IMG/VR virus record: IMGVR_UViG_3300032030_000037
Coordinates: 1-64,000 of that record
Reading direction: 5' to 3' (one strand)
DNA from: a virus
Taxonomy: Duplodnaviria; Caudoviricetes
Length of the DNA: 64,000 bases
This document shows, piece after piece, positions 8,894-18,761 of the stretch (position 1 is the first letter of the stretch; each line of letters begins with the position of its first letter). The notes beneath the pieces are model-generated. The model ran no database searches. It was not told the origin of the DNA and saw only the letters and a list, made by a program, of their open reading frames with translations. Position numbers and translations under genes: made by a program.

Positions 8894-10841
8894 ATTTTTT
8901 ATAATTAATAGTTATGTCTAAGGTTATATTATTCTGTAGAAGTTCTCTTGTCCATATATCAACTTCTATATCTAATGATCCTAGTTCTGGATAAGGAAAA
9001 TAATTTGATATCTGTATTGATTTAACATTTGAGAATATAGCTACACTTTGAACTATTTCGTTTATCTTATTTTCTATCAGTGCATTAAATCTTTGACCTA
9101 TTATTTCCCATCTCCTCTTTTGAATTTCTCGATATACCTTTCCCATAATGAATCGCATAAGACCAGAAGTTATGTAATTTTCCCCATTCTGATATTTATT
9201 GTAGTAATATACTTGATTATTTGATACTAGGTAATTACATTTATATCTTTCTAGTTCTTCTTTTTCTATATATGGGCTATCTTCCGAATTATATATTATA
9301 TCTTTGGTTTGATATCCTTGATTATTTTCCAGCAGGCATCTTAGGTATATATAATAAGCTGGTCGTATCTGACGCATATATTGTACCTCACCATAGAAAT
9401 ATAATAATCTATTCTCTTTGTCTTCTAGATAATTCTTAATGTATTCTTCTTCAGATGTTTCAGAAATTAAGTATTGAAAATTTCCGGCCGTTGCATAAGG
9501 AAGAAACACCTGCTCGTCCTCACGCTCACCATATAAAGATAAATCTGGTATCATGAAAAAGTCTGGAACTACTGAGTCTTCGAGCGTCCAGCCCACGAGC
9601 ATATCCATAGATTTCTTATACCATCCGGCCGAGGGAGTCTCTACTTTAGCTCCATCTAAATAAAAATCACCCTCAGGAAGTTTATTTATATTATCAGCAC
9701 TACAGTAGATTAATTTAGAATTTTTATTAATCTTATCAAAAATTCCTTCGTCCTCTGGAGTCCCTATTAGGTGTCCGATATAGTATTCAGTATATCCATA
9801 TCTAGATATTCTAATAATATATCCATCCTCTAGTGCATCCTCTATAGAGACTTTTATTCTGGATTCATCTATATCGTACTCATTTGAATCTTTCCCGATA
9901 GTCCTAGACCAGAAAGATAAAGCTCCATCTCCTGACTCTAGGATATTAGAATATAGCAGGCTTTCTTCTTCCTCTATCGCCCAGGATATAGATACAGACG
10001 AAATAGAATTCATACTAATTAAGTCTCTCTTAGTTTCAGAAAATATAAGATGTTCTCTTTCAGAAATAGCCTTTCCAAAAGAATAATCACTCTCAATGAT
10101 ATTAACTAAGTCATTAAAACTGTTTATCTTTTTATAGGTAATATTATTTCTTCCAAATTTATCTTTAATTTCTGATTCTTTTCCTTTGTAGCATATTATC
10201 CATCGCCCTGAAAAAGATTTAAAACCAAGATATTCCCCGTCTTTAATAGCGTCTCCAGACCATGAAAATCTAGTTGCATATATTCCAGGTCCTTCAGAGT
10301 ATACTATATTTCCTAGTGCCTCTGGGGTTTCAAAAATTTTATCATCCTCTGGAAAATATTTTGGATGACAGAAGTTACCATTTTCTAATAGTACCAGAGT
10401 ATCTCTATTTAGAATGGATTCTGATGGTTTTTCTGAAACTAGATCTCGCTCTCGAATCCAAGAATCATTTTGAAATATCCATACTCCATCTCCTGAATGA
10501 TACCTGATATTTTCTTGTCCCTGTATATATTCTTTAAGATAGTCTATTGTGGGAAATGGCGTATTTCCTTCAAGATATTTATCTAAATACTGCGAAGTGT
10601 CTAGAGTTCCTGGATCTATGGGTTTATATAGATACAGCGTTATACCAGATTCTATCAATTCTCGTAAATACTGGTACTCTTGGTATGATTTCCCAAACCA
10701 AATATCAAGTTCGTCCAGAGATCTGACTCGAGTCGGAGATTCAAAGGACATAGAAGAACTTGGAACCTCGGACAAAATTATAAAATCGTCTGGATCATCA
10801 TAATATCGATTAGCTTTTATTGTTCCAAGTTTTATATACAT
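8883..10841 (-). CDS. Tail sheath-like protein (second, divergent)
   Basis: N-terminal PTRVRSLDELDIWFG resembles the sheath P..I.S..E....FG motif; C-terminal LDIEVDI...NITLDITI strand pattern. Confidence 0.55.
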   Translation of the reverse strand: MYIKLGTIKANRYYDDPDDFIILSEVPSSSMSFESPTRVRSLDELDIWFGKSYQEYQYLRELIESGITLYLYKPIDPGTLDTSQYLDKYLEGNTPFPTIDYLKEYIQGQENIRYHSGDGVWIFQNDSWIRERDLVSEKPSESILNRDTLVLLENGNFCHPKYFPEDDKIFETPEALGNIVYSEGPGIYATRFSWSGDAIKDGEYLGFKSFSGRWIICYKGKESEIKDKFGRNNITYKKINSFNDLVNIIESDYSFGKAISEREHLIFSETKRDLISMNSISSVSISWAIEEEESLLYSNILESGDGALSFWSRTIGKDSNEYDIDESRIKVSIEDALEDGYIIRISRYGYTEYYIGHLIGTPEDEGIFDKINKNSKLIYCSADNINKLPEGDFYLDGAKVETPSAGWYKKSMDMLVGWTLEDSVVPDFFMIPDLSLYGEREDEQVFLPYATAGNFQYLISETSEEEYIKNYLEDKENRLLYFYGEVQYMRQIRPAYYIYLRCLLENNQGYQTKDIIYNSEDSPYIEKEELERYKCNYLVSNNQVYYYNKYQNGENYITSGLMRFIMGKVYREIQKRRWEIIGQRFNALIENKINEIVQSVAIFSNVKSIQISNYFPYPELGSLDIEVDIWTRELLQNNITLDITINYKKYGN

Positions 10842-10844
10842 ACA

Positions 10845-13800
10845 TTAATGTTTTTTATAAAAGAACCCATGAGACCTTGTGCTGACAATTGAGTAGTTAT
10901 CATAGTCTGAGGATGAAGCGTCATCTACTTCTTTCACTTCTCCAGTCATAGATGCTGCTTCTCTTAGTTTAGCTTTAATTATTTTATTTAATTGCGTTTC
11001 ATAAATATCTGGATTCTCTCCGACAATAGAAAATGATATACTTAGGTCTTGTCCACCTCCATCTATCTCACCTGCATACTCTTCACCAAAGTCTTTCATA
11101 ACGCAAAGAAGATCAAACTTTTTTATCGTAGAATATTGTGGTGTCATACAATAGATTCTTACCCGAAAAGTAACATTTTTATAGTAAGCAATACATATCA
11201 TCGATTTATCTATTGCTGTTGGAGTGGCTTCACATTGAATAAGACCCTGTCTATAAAATTCATCATTATGTGCTTCTGAGAAATATGTAGATACATCAGC
11301 ACATCTCTGAAAATATCTTCTCCAAGACTTATATTGGTCGTCAACTACAGAAATTCGAAGTTCATTAGTATATTCTACGGATACCGGATAGCTTATTTCT
11401 CCATCATAAAGTCCAACGGTTTTAGATACTAGTTTCGATTTCTGAAGCTCAAATCCATTTATAGGTATCCAAGAAGAGTACCTAGTTTTATGATTGTGCT
11501 CAACTCTATTTTCGGTATTTATTTCAGCAATCGACGGAAGATATGACCATCCTCCGTTTTGTTCATCACTCACATAAGGCTCAATAACAACTTCCCAGTA
11601 AGCATTGGTATCAAGAGTTAAATTTCCATCTTCCCTTTTCATTAGTTTTTCAGGCGTTGTTATATATGGGCTTTTAATAAGTGCTTGTTTGAAATCCTCT
11701 AGCGTGTTTATTTTATCTGCGTCTATATTAGGACAGAGGTCTTTAAGAGTAAGTGCAATACCTTTGCCTGCAAAATATCCACCAAGGAATGTATTAAGTG
11801 GAATTTCCCCTTTGGCTAATGCGGATATATTTTTAGATAATCCGCCAAGTTGATTAGATAAAAGCTTTGATTTTTGTATTAAGTCTCCTTCTGTAGAGTT
11901 TAGCGAGTTTAATATTGCACCAGATACCTCATCCCCGCGATCTATAAATGATTCAATAGTTGATCTAGTACTTAATAGTGCTGAATTATTTTTCTTAATT
12001 TCTTCCTCAATTCTAGACTGATCAGCTTTTAGAGAAGGAATAAACTGTTTAGATATTGATGAATTAGCGGATTCTTTATTTAGTCTCTTTAATTTTTCTG
12101 TTTTAGTTCCTTCTAATTGCCCTGTCCAAATATTTGAGCTTCCTTCTGGTCTATTCTGAGGAAGAGCAGTCTCATTTGCGATCGTATTAATAGCAAGAGT
12201 TCCAACACCTCTTATAGCACCCTCTACGCCTCTATACCCAGTTAGTCCTCCTTGAACTAGCTTTTGTACGCCTTGCCATATTATATTACCACCAGGAAGT
12301 CTAGATCTATCAGTTTTTGTAGCTCTCTCTAGTTTATTCCTGGCCATAACAAGAGCCATTAAAGTATTTTTAAGGATATACTCTCTTGAGGCTGATGAAA
12401 TTTTGCCTATATTCAAATCAGCAGAGACTCCATTAAGTGAGCTTGTCATCAAATCTACTCCTCTATCTGCAGCAAGTTCAGCAAGTCTTCTTATATATCT
12501 ATCCTGATCATATAAAGCTGGATTTAAGAAGCTAGTTGGATTTTTAGTTGGGTCTTCGTTATCTGATACTTGATATTTTATCCTGGGAATTCTGTTCTCT
12601 TCCCCATACTCTTGTCTATACTTTTGTTCAGTATATTTTGATAGAATTGATTCTTTTTCTGGAATATCTAAGGATTGTGATTTTGTTGCTTTTTCTTCTA
12701 ATGTTGCCTCTCTATCTAGTCCGTCTCTGCCAACATACCCAGCATAATTTAGAAGCTTTTTCTGTTTTTGAAGAGTGTCTATAATTTTTTGAGAAACTTC
12801 TTGTGCTCTTTGATTAGTTAGGTTTTGGTCTCCAAGATAAGCAGATATAATTCCCGCTAATTCCATATTCCCTTGACCAGAAGATTCAGCTCCTGTCTGA
12901 CCTGGAACTAAGAGATTCATTACCTCTTCGTATAATTCATTAGCAGACATTGAATCTAGAACTTCCTCTATTCTTTTTATATCTGGAATGTCAATAGATA
13001 ACCTATCGCCAGGAAGTTCCTCGATTTCTTCTGGTTTAATATCAAGTCTTGAGTTTGGAAGTTCTGGATCTTCTGGTTTAATATCAAGTCTTGAGTTTGG
13101 AAGCTCTGGATCTTCTGGTTTAATATCTAATCTGACATTAGGAAGCTCTGGATCTTCTGGTTTAATATCTAATCTGACATTAGGAAGCTTAGGGTCCCGT
13201 GGATTTATATCAAGTCTAGTATTCGGTAATTTATCAGGATCTTTGGGATTAATTTCTAGAATTTCATTTGGGAGTCTGTCTGGTTCCGTAATATTTAGTC
13301 CAAGTCTTTTCTGCCTTAGGCTGTCAGGCTCTTCTGCAAATAATCCTTCAATATGCTGTCTAAGATCATTAGGTTCTTCTGGACTGATATCAATTCTGGT
13401 GCCTGGAAGCTCGGACGGTTCTTTTACAAGCAATCCTTCTTTTCTTCCAGGAAGTTTTATATCCTTCGGTTCTCTCTGAAGTTCTACAAATCCCTCTGGA
13501 AGTTTAGGATCTGATATATTGTTTAGTGTTTCTTTCGATTTAGGTAGAGATACGTTTTCCTGTGGATAGATTTTCTTTTTATCCTTTGGAAGCTCCGGAT
13601 CACTTACGTCTATTTTAATTAAAGAATCTGGAAGTTCCGACGGTTCTTCTATAACTAACCTCTCTTTCCCGAGCGGAAGTTTTGGATCTGTTATATTCCG
13701 TAGTCTCTCTTTACCCTCAGGAAGAGAATTGGGGTTTTCCGGACTTATTCTTAGAACGCTATCAGGGAGAGATTCTACTTCTCCAGGACTTAATCTCTCC

Positions 13801-14051
13801 TTCTGGTTAGGTAAGACTATTTCCTTTGTTCCATCTAGCTTTAATCTTTTGTCCGGAAGCTTTATAGTTTTAAGTTTAGCATCCTCCGGCCGGGAGAGCG
13901 GGCTATCTGGCATATTTTCAGATATCCACTGCTCCTGCGTATCCCTTATTGCCCCTAGATATTTAGACAGTCCTTTAATTTCTTCGGGGCGAGTCAATTT
14001 TTCACACCCCGGTATCTTATTCCCGGAAGTTATTTTTCTTTTTTCTTCCAT
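10845..14051 (-). CDS. Large tail/baseplate-associated protein with Pro-rich repeats and C-terminal tube-like domain
   Basis: 14-15 aa LP..RL.I.P..P repeats; C-terminus YTNELRISVVDD..SWRRYF...LSISFSIVG resembles tube-fold proteins. Confidence 0.5.
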   Translation of the reverse strand: MEEKRKITSGNKIPGCEKLTRPEEIKGLSKYLGAIRDTQEQWISENMPDSPLSRPEDAKLKTIKLPDKRLKLDGTKEIVLPNQKERLSPGEVESLPDSVLRISPENPNSLPEGKERLRNITDPKLPLGKERLVIEEPSELPDSLIKIDVSDPELPKDKKKIYPQENVSLPKSKETLNNISDPKLPEGFVELQREPKDIKLPGRKEGLLVKEPSELPGTRIDISPEEPNDLRQHIEGLFAEEPDSLRQKRLGLNITEPDRLPNEILEINPKDPDKLPNTRLDINPRDPKLPNVRLDIKPEDPELPNVRLDIKPEDPELPNSRLDIKPEDPELPNSRLDIKPEEIEELPGDRLSIDIPDIKRIEEVLDSMSANELYEEVMNLLVPGQTGAESSGQGNMELAGIISAYLGDQNLTNQRAQEVSQKIIDTLQKQKKLLNYAGYVGRDGLDREATLEEKATKSQSLDIPEKESILSKYTEQKYRQEYGEENRIPRIKYQVSDNEDPTKNPTSFLNPALYDQDRYIRRLAELAADRGVDLMTSSLNGVSADLNIGKISSASREYILKNTLMALVMARNKLERATKTDRSRLPGGNIIWQGVQKLVQGGLTGYRGVEGAIRGVGTLAINTIANETALPQNRPEGSSNIWTGQLEGTKTEKLKRLNKESANSSISKQFIPSLKADQSRIEEEIKKNNSALLSTRSTIESFIDRGDEVSGAILNSLNSTEGDLIQKSKLLSNQLGGLSKNISALAKGEIPLNTFLGGYFAGKGIALTLKDLCPNIDADKINTLEDFKQALIKSPYITTPEKLMKREDGNLTLDTNAYWEVVIEPYVSDEQNGGWSYLPSIAEINTENRVEHNHKTRYSSWIPINGFELQKSKLVSKTVGLYDGEISYPVSVEYTNELRISVVDDQYKSWRRYFQRCADVSTYFSEAHNDEFYRQGLIQCEATPTAIDKSMICIAYYKNVTFRVRIYCMTPQYSTIKKFDLLCVMKDFGEEYAGEIDGGGQDLSISFSIVGENPDIYETQLNKIIKAKLREAASMTGEVKEVDDASSSDYDNYSIVSTRSHGFFYKKH
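13028..13230. repeat. 42-bp tandem repeat encoding LPN(V/S/T)RLDI(K/N)P(E/R)DP(E/K)
   Basis: About 5 near-identical units visible in DNA and protein, flanked by degenerate units. Confidence 0.85.
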
Positions 14052-14485
14052 TATTCATCTAGGGTTTCAATTATTGATGATAGTGTGTATACAAAAAGAA
14101 CATCAGCGGTTTCTGAGTATCCTTGTTTCATAATAATCTTAAATCGGTATGTTCTCTTATTTCTTGTATACTGAAGCTCATCACCCACCTCAAGAGATCC
14201 ATCTGGGCTATAAGACTCAAGTGTATCTCGGTTTCTAGCCCAGACATCTCTCATTTCATTTTGATTAACGATTAATCTTGTGTGAAATTCATCATAATCG
14301 TTTTCAAGTGCTGACTGAGAAGAGTATGTGCCGCCAAATACATTTTTCCATTTAGAATTATCTTTAGGGCGTAAGACAACGAAGTCAGTTCCCATAAGAG
14401 CCATATGTAATTTAATATTCTTCATTCCTAGAGCATAGAGTTCGTTGGCTCTGTCCAAACTCTTAGCAGCCATATCTTCAGCCAT
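14051..14485 (-). CDS. Putative head-closure/neck protein
   Basis: 144 aa; LEVGDELQY..R.YRFKI pattern typical of head-tail joining proteins; position in the structural module. Confidence 0.45.
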   Translation of the reverse strand: MAEDMAAKSLDRANELYALGMKNIKLHMALMGTDFVVLRPKDNSKWKNVFGGTYSSQSALENDYDEFHTRLIVNQNEMRDVWARNRDTLESYSPDGSLEVGDELQYTRNKRTYRFKIIMKQGYSETADVLFVYTLSSIIETLDE

Positions 14486-14487
14486 AA

Positions 14488-15156
14488 TTACTTATCGTTT
14501 TCTAATATTGTAACAAATTCATTCTCCTCAATAATATATTTGAGAAGTTTAAAGTATTGTATTTCATTCAATCTTCCACCATAGACAGTCATAACATAGA
14601 TATCTCCGTCCGGAACAGTCTTAGTTCTAAACGCACCAGACATTCCGCGTATAAAATCATCTATATCATACTGGCTGTATTCATATTCATATGGAAGATA
14701 TAATTTAAGATTTCCCAGGTCAGAAGTTATAGATATAGAATCTTTAGAAATTCTGGACGCTATATCATAATCGTCGAGACCTGCGTTATCTAATTTCTTT
14801 GTTATTCTATCAATCATTTGTCGATTTCCTGAATATAGTCTCTGTTCTGAAGCTTCTTTATATTGAATAAGAGAGATATTATCATCAGAGAGGTACGCTG
14901 TGAGTGTTTTATCCGATCTAGAATGTTTTATTTCCAGAAGAATTTTATCTGGTTCTATATGTTTTCTAGATGCTATTCCCATTTCACGTATAAAATCATC
15001 CTCCTGATATCCAAGACTTTTGGCATCATCTTCTATCTCTTCTAATATACCTGGATGATCATATATTTCATCTCTGATTTTCCCTAAGAGATGTGTATAT
15101 TCATCCTTTCCAGTTTTTCCGATGTAAGTAAATCTCTTAGTTCGTAAAATTATCAT
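14488..15156 (-). CDS. Leader-bearing two-domain protein (MIILRTKRFT; internal QRLYS)
   Basis: ORF track; motif at the N-terminus and mid-protein. Confidence 0.7.
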   Translation of the reverse strand: MIILRTKRFTYIGKTGKDEYTHLLGKIRDEIYDHPGILEEIEDDAKSLGYQEDDFIREMGIASRKHIEPDKILLEIKHSRSDKTLTAYLSDDNISLIQYKEASEQRLYSGNRQMIDRITKKLDNAGLDDYDIASRISKDSISITSDLGNLKLYLPYEYEYSQYDIDDFIRGMSGAFRTKTVPDGDIYVMTVYGGRLNEIQYFKLLKYIIEENEFVTILENDK

Positions 15157-15158
15157 AA

Positions 15159-15308
15159 CTATCTTCCTTGTCCTCTGTATGGTTTTACATAGTGCTTGGA
15201 TGACTTAAGCTTTGACGTTCTGCATTTTGAGTGAATTCCGCGTCTTTTCTTATGCCTATTATCCCTGCCTCTAGTTCCCGTTGTTACTATTTGTTGTACT
15301 CTTGCCAT
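15159..15308 (-). CDS. Small basic protein ending KPYRGQGR (49 aa, below ORF-track cutoff)
   Basis: Manual translation MARVQQIVTTGTRGRDNRHKKRRGIHSKCRTSKLKSSKHYVKPYRGQGR*; fills the gap between neighbours. Confidence 0.7.
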   Translation of the reverse strand: MARVQQIVTTGTRGRDNRHKKRRGIHSKCRTSKLKSSKHYVKPYRGQGR

Positions 15309-15546
15309 ATATTACATTTCCATATTTCTGCTGTTGCCAGGAATTAAACTCTTTTCTGGTTTTTCCAGCGTTTATTCTCCACTTATTTCCTCCTGTTTCG
15401 TTATTAAACCTTTTCCACCGCAGACTATTGGCAGCTCTTTTTCGATTCGGATTAAGGTTTTCTACTCCTTCTGGTTTCTTTTCAACCTTTCTCCTATTAT
15501 TGTCTATTGTTTCAGACAGAGAAAATGTTTTTCGTAGTATAATCAT
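15271..15546 (-). CDS. Basic leader-bearing protein (MIILRKTFS)
   Basis: ORF track; leader. Confidence 0.7.
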   Translation of the reverse strand: MIILRKTFSLSETIDNNRRKVEKKPEGVENLNPNRKRAANSLRWKRFNNETGGNKWRINAGKTRKEFNSWQQQKYGNVIYGKSTTNSNNGN

Positions 15547-16787
15547 TTGTCGTATAAATTTATATTTCCTTGATAGGTTTTCATTATTTTTTGAATAATT
15601 AGCTCTATCTCTTTCCTACTCTGGATACTATATGTCCAAACTATAACTTTTCCCGTATCTTTTCTTCCCATTTTTAGGATCCAAGGCTTAAGAATCTTAT
15701 CTAGCTCTTCAGAATCTTTTCCCTTATCTGCTGTAATTATTAGAAGCCCTGAAATTATAGATACTTGAATCGGTGCATCAGATTTAGAACCTACTGTATA
15801 ATGAAATCCCTCTATATATCTATTTTTCTTAAGGATATCCTCAAGATAGACGTTTCCGAAGTTTTCTCTCGGCGCAGGATGTCCTGTCTTGATTAGTTCA
15901 TCAGTGTTTATTTTTTCAGCCGCACTAGAAATAAGCGTAGTTATGAAATTAGAAAAAGACGTTCCAATTCCTCGTCTTGCTCCTATAAAAGCGGAGCGTC
16001 CCGCTTTCCCTAATATTTTCATAATCTCATACTTATTTAGTACGGCAACACTAAAATTTTTAGTGGTTTCCTCCCCGAGACCGCCCTCCTCACTTGCCTC
16101 TTTTATTCTTGAGTCTACAATTGCCTTATTATCAAGTAAATTTATTTTACACTCAAGCACTTGAGAAAGTTCCATAATAAAATTACTAATAACTTGATAA
16201 TTTGTAAATATTATATCGACGGAATAAGAATTTAGTTTATAGTTTATTACACTACTATTATATTCCATACCCGTATATTTCTTACAATAATAATCAAGAG
16301 TTTTGTCAACTTTATCTAATTCGTCATTAGATAGGTCGAATGTATACATAGTAATTTTATTATCTTGAACTGCAAAATTTAATTTATACTTGGATACTTG
16401 TCTGTCAGAGAACCCAAATTTTTCATCAATATCAGCTCTTTTATCTAATTTATCTCCAACCGTTATTCCTGCCATTCTGTAAATTCCAAACTCTCTTCTG
16501 ATATTTCGATCGATCTCTTGAAATTTAACTTTTGACATGGGTTTGTGAAGATAGTTTATAAAGACCTTAAGAAAAATTCCAGCAATGCCTCCAGCTTTAG
16601 TTCCAGTTTTAAATCCTTCCCAAGCAGTTGAGTCTTTTAGTGCTGCACCAATTGCGCTTCCGGCAAGAGCTCCACCAATTGCGCTTTTTCCAACTACCTC
16701 TACAGCCCCAGGAACTTTGTCCATGTCTTTAGGGCCAGTGTAGTGCCCCTCTTTAAGGCTAAAATCTTTTTGTCTAAATCTAATCAT
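15543..16787 (-). CDS. Leader-bearing protein with glycine zipper (MIRFRQKDFS; internal KNFS)
   Basis: GGALAGSAIGA...GGIAG segment after the leader. Confidence 0.75.
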   Translation of the reverse strand: MIRFRQKDFSLKEGHYTGPKDMDKVPGAVEVVGKSAIGGALAGSAIGAALKDSTAWEGFKTGTKAGGIAGIFLKVFINYLHKPMSKVKFQEIDRNIRREFGIYRMAGITVGDKLDKRADIDEKFGFSDRQVSKYKLNFAVQDNKITMYTFDLSNDELDKVDKTLDYYCKKYTGMEYNSSVINYKLNSYSVDIIFTNYQVISNFIMELSQVLECKINLLDNKAIVDSRIKEASEEGGLGEETTKNFSVAVLNKYEIMKILGKAGRSAFIGARRGIGTSFSNFITTLISSAAEKINTDELIKTGHPAPRENFGNVYLEDILKKNRYIEGFHYTVGSKSDAPIQVSIISGLLIITADKGKDSEELDKILKPWILKMGRKDTGKVIVWTYSIQSRKEIELIIQKIMKTYQGNINLYDK

Positions 16788-16796
16788 ATATGTCTT

Positions 16797-17342
16797 CTAT
16801 GCCATTCCAAGAGCTAAAGAGTCTCCTCCAACCTTGATTATCTTTCTCAGCTTTCCTTTATCATATTTTGCCTTCAGTCTCTTTGTTCTCCTACCATAAC
16901 CTGGAAACATCTCTCTCATTTTAGCTTCGAGAAACCAGGATGCCGCTGATGTACCTGGTACTAATTTTCCAAGAGCTAGAGTTCCATATCCAGCGGCAGT
17001 ACCCCCGGTACCTACTGGATTTTCTACTAATTTTCCAACAACTTCTGAAGCGGCATCACCAGGAGAGTGAGTATTTATATAGTTTTCTGCCTTTACTATT
17101 TTCTCTAGAGTCTTGACTCTTTTTTTATTTGCAGCCAACTTTAATTCTTCTTTTGTAAGGGGAATTTTATTCACTGCTTCGGAGACTCCTTTTTTGCTTT
17201 TCTGTCTGAGTTGTTCTCTAGCTATTGGATTTCCTAAACCAAGAGATTTACTTAAAGCATGCCTAGATTCAACTAGTTCATTCCCGGCTTTTTCAAGAAG
17301 TGCTTTAACCTTAGAATGCTGTTTTTGTCGTAATATAATCAT
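16797..17342 (-). CDS. Basic leader-bearing protein with hydrophobic hairpin (MIILRQKQHS)
   Basis: ORF track; variant leader. Confidence 0.7.
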   Translation of the reverse strand: MIILRQKQHSKVKALLEKAGNELVESRHALSKSLGLGNPIAREQLRQKSKKGVSEAVNKIPLTKEELKLAANKKRVKTLEKIVKAENYINTHSPGDAASEVVGKLVENPVGTGGTAAGYGTLALGKLVPGTSAASWFLEAKMREMFPGYGRRTKRLKAKYDKGKLRKIIKVGGDSLALGMA

Positions 17343-17353
17343 AATTATATATT

Positions 17354-17908
17354 TTAAGCTGGTGCTACTTCAGGCTTTGGATTGGCTTTCTTTTTCTTTT
17401 TCCTATTAAGCAAAATTCCGCCTCCAACAACAGGAACTGCTGTAGTAAGACCAAGTCCCGTATAATAAACGCCCTTAGGTAGTTCAAAATTATTATGAAA
17501 TCCTCTAGTAGAGTTCTGTGCTTTTTTATATAAATTAGTATTTTTTAAATAGTTTGCTATACTATCACTGGCTCTTCCTATTGGCTTAATTCTTCTAAGT
17601 CCCTTTCCCATAAAGACCATAGCCCCTCCTATTCCTGTACTTACGAGTTCAGGTGCAACAAGAAGAGGCATACCAGCTGCTTCAAGTGGTCGGGAGACTA
17701 GACTAACTGTTGCATCTGAAGCAACCGCGAGCGGCTGTCTTATAACTCTATTAATACTTCGTCCTATTCCAGTTGCGCTCTCTACAATTTGTTTGTCAGA
17801 TTTTTTTAATATTGGTTGAAGAAATTTTCCTGTCCTATACCAAATATTTCTAGCTACTCGTGCACCAGCCTCTAATTTAGCAAATGATTTTTGTCGTAGT
17901 AATATCAT
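17354..17908 (-). CDS. Basic leader-bearing protein with C-terminal TM segment and poly-K tail (MILLRQKSFA)
   Basis: Start moved from 17929 to ATG 17908 (ATGA overlap with upstream stop). Confidence 0.75.
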   Translation of the reverse strand: MILLRQKSFAKLEAGARVARNIWYRTGKFLQPILKKSDKQIVESATGIGRSINRVIRQPLAVASDATVSLVSRPLEAAGMPLLVAPELVSTGIGGAMVFMGKGLRRIKPIGRASDSIANYLKNTNLYKKAQNSTRGFHNNFELPKGVYYTGLGLTTAVPVVGGGILLNRKKKKKANPKPEVAPA

Positions 17909-18672
17909 AATACTAATTGTCCATACCAAGAAGATTGTAGTGCATAATTATCACATCTTGCACGTAGTTCTTGGTATGCTATATCTACGTGACTAAGAAT
18001 TTCTAGTGGTGAGTTTGGAAGTTGGACGGATGCTTTAAGTTGACGGATGTAATCTAGAACATGGACCATACAAAGATCCATGAAGTAGTTCCCTTGTGCA
18101 CCTTCTTCTACATTAAGCCAGTATATTGCTCCCTTGTTAGAATTTGGATTGAATGATTTATCTTCCGCAAAATCTGGAATTACTGGTCTTGCGCATATTC
18201 CTTTAAGATAAAAGCATTGATATGGGTCCCACCAATCGCCTAAGAAAACATAAGGTCTTCGATAGTCTGTAACGTGTTGGTACTCTCCTGCTGTTGGCCA
18301 TGAACCTGGGAATCTTATATACGGAGTCGATACTGGTACTAGAACAATCTGGTCTTCGGCAATCATACAATCTAAGAATAGTGTGAAATTAGATTTAATT
18401 TCATACCACCCATTTCTATCTGTCCAACCCCAACCTTCATAATCTCCCATATTATAACAGGTCTTCATCTGGCCTTTATTTAGTCTCATCTCTAGCATCA
18501 GCGGAAGAGTTATCTCAAACTCTCTTAGAGCTTTTTTTATAATTTCTAGGAGAGCTTCATCGGCAGAGATATAATCATTTAGTCCAAGAATTTCTTCTAA
18601 GGAGCTTATAGCTAACATACTAGACCTAATTAAAATTTTCTTCTTAAGGTCTACTAATCTTGTTTTATCCAT
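17905..18672 (-). CDS. Putative neck protein (gp13-like)
   Basis: 255 aa, next to the sheath gene; helical N- and C-termini (IIKKALREF; AYQELRARC). Confidence 0.4.
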   Translation of the reverse strand: MDKTRLVDLKKKILIRSSMLAISSLEEILGLNDYISADEALLEIIKKALREFEITLPLMLEMRLNKGQMKTCYNMGDYEGWGWTDRNGWYEIKSNFTLFLDCMIAEDQIVLVPVSTPYIRFPGSWPTAGEYQHVTDYRRPYVFLGDWWDPYQCFYLKGICARPVIPDFAEDKSFNPNSNKGAIYWLNVEEGAQGNYFMDLCMVHVLDYIRQLKASVQLPNSPLEILSHVDIAYQELRARCDNYALQSSWYGQLVL

Positions 18673-18691
18673 TTTCTCCTAGTTATAAAAT

Positions 18692-18746
18692 AAAAGGAGA
18701 GGAGCTAAAGATATGTAGGAATCACACGAGGTTTAGCCCCTCCCCT
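18692..18746 (-). terminator. Rho-independent terminator-like hairpin after sheath gene
   Basis: Minus strand ggggaggggctaaa...tttagctcctctcc followed by a T-run. Confidence 0.6.
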
Positions 18747-18761
18747 GTATATTATTGGTTA

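Noticed and set aside
13028-13230. Tandem repeat as CRISPR array
   Set aside because: In-frame coding repeats with no unique spacers and no cas genes.
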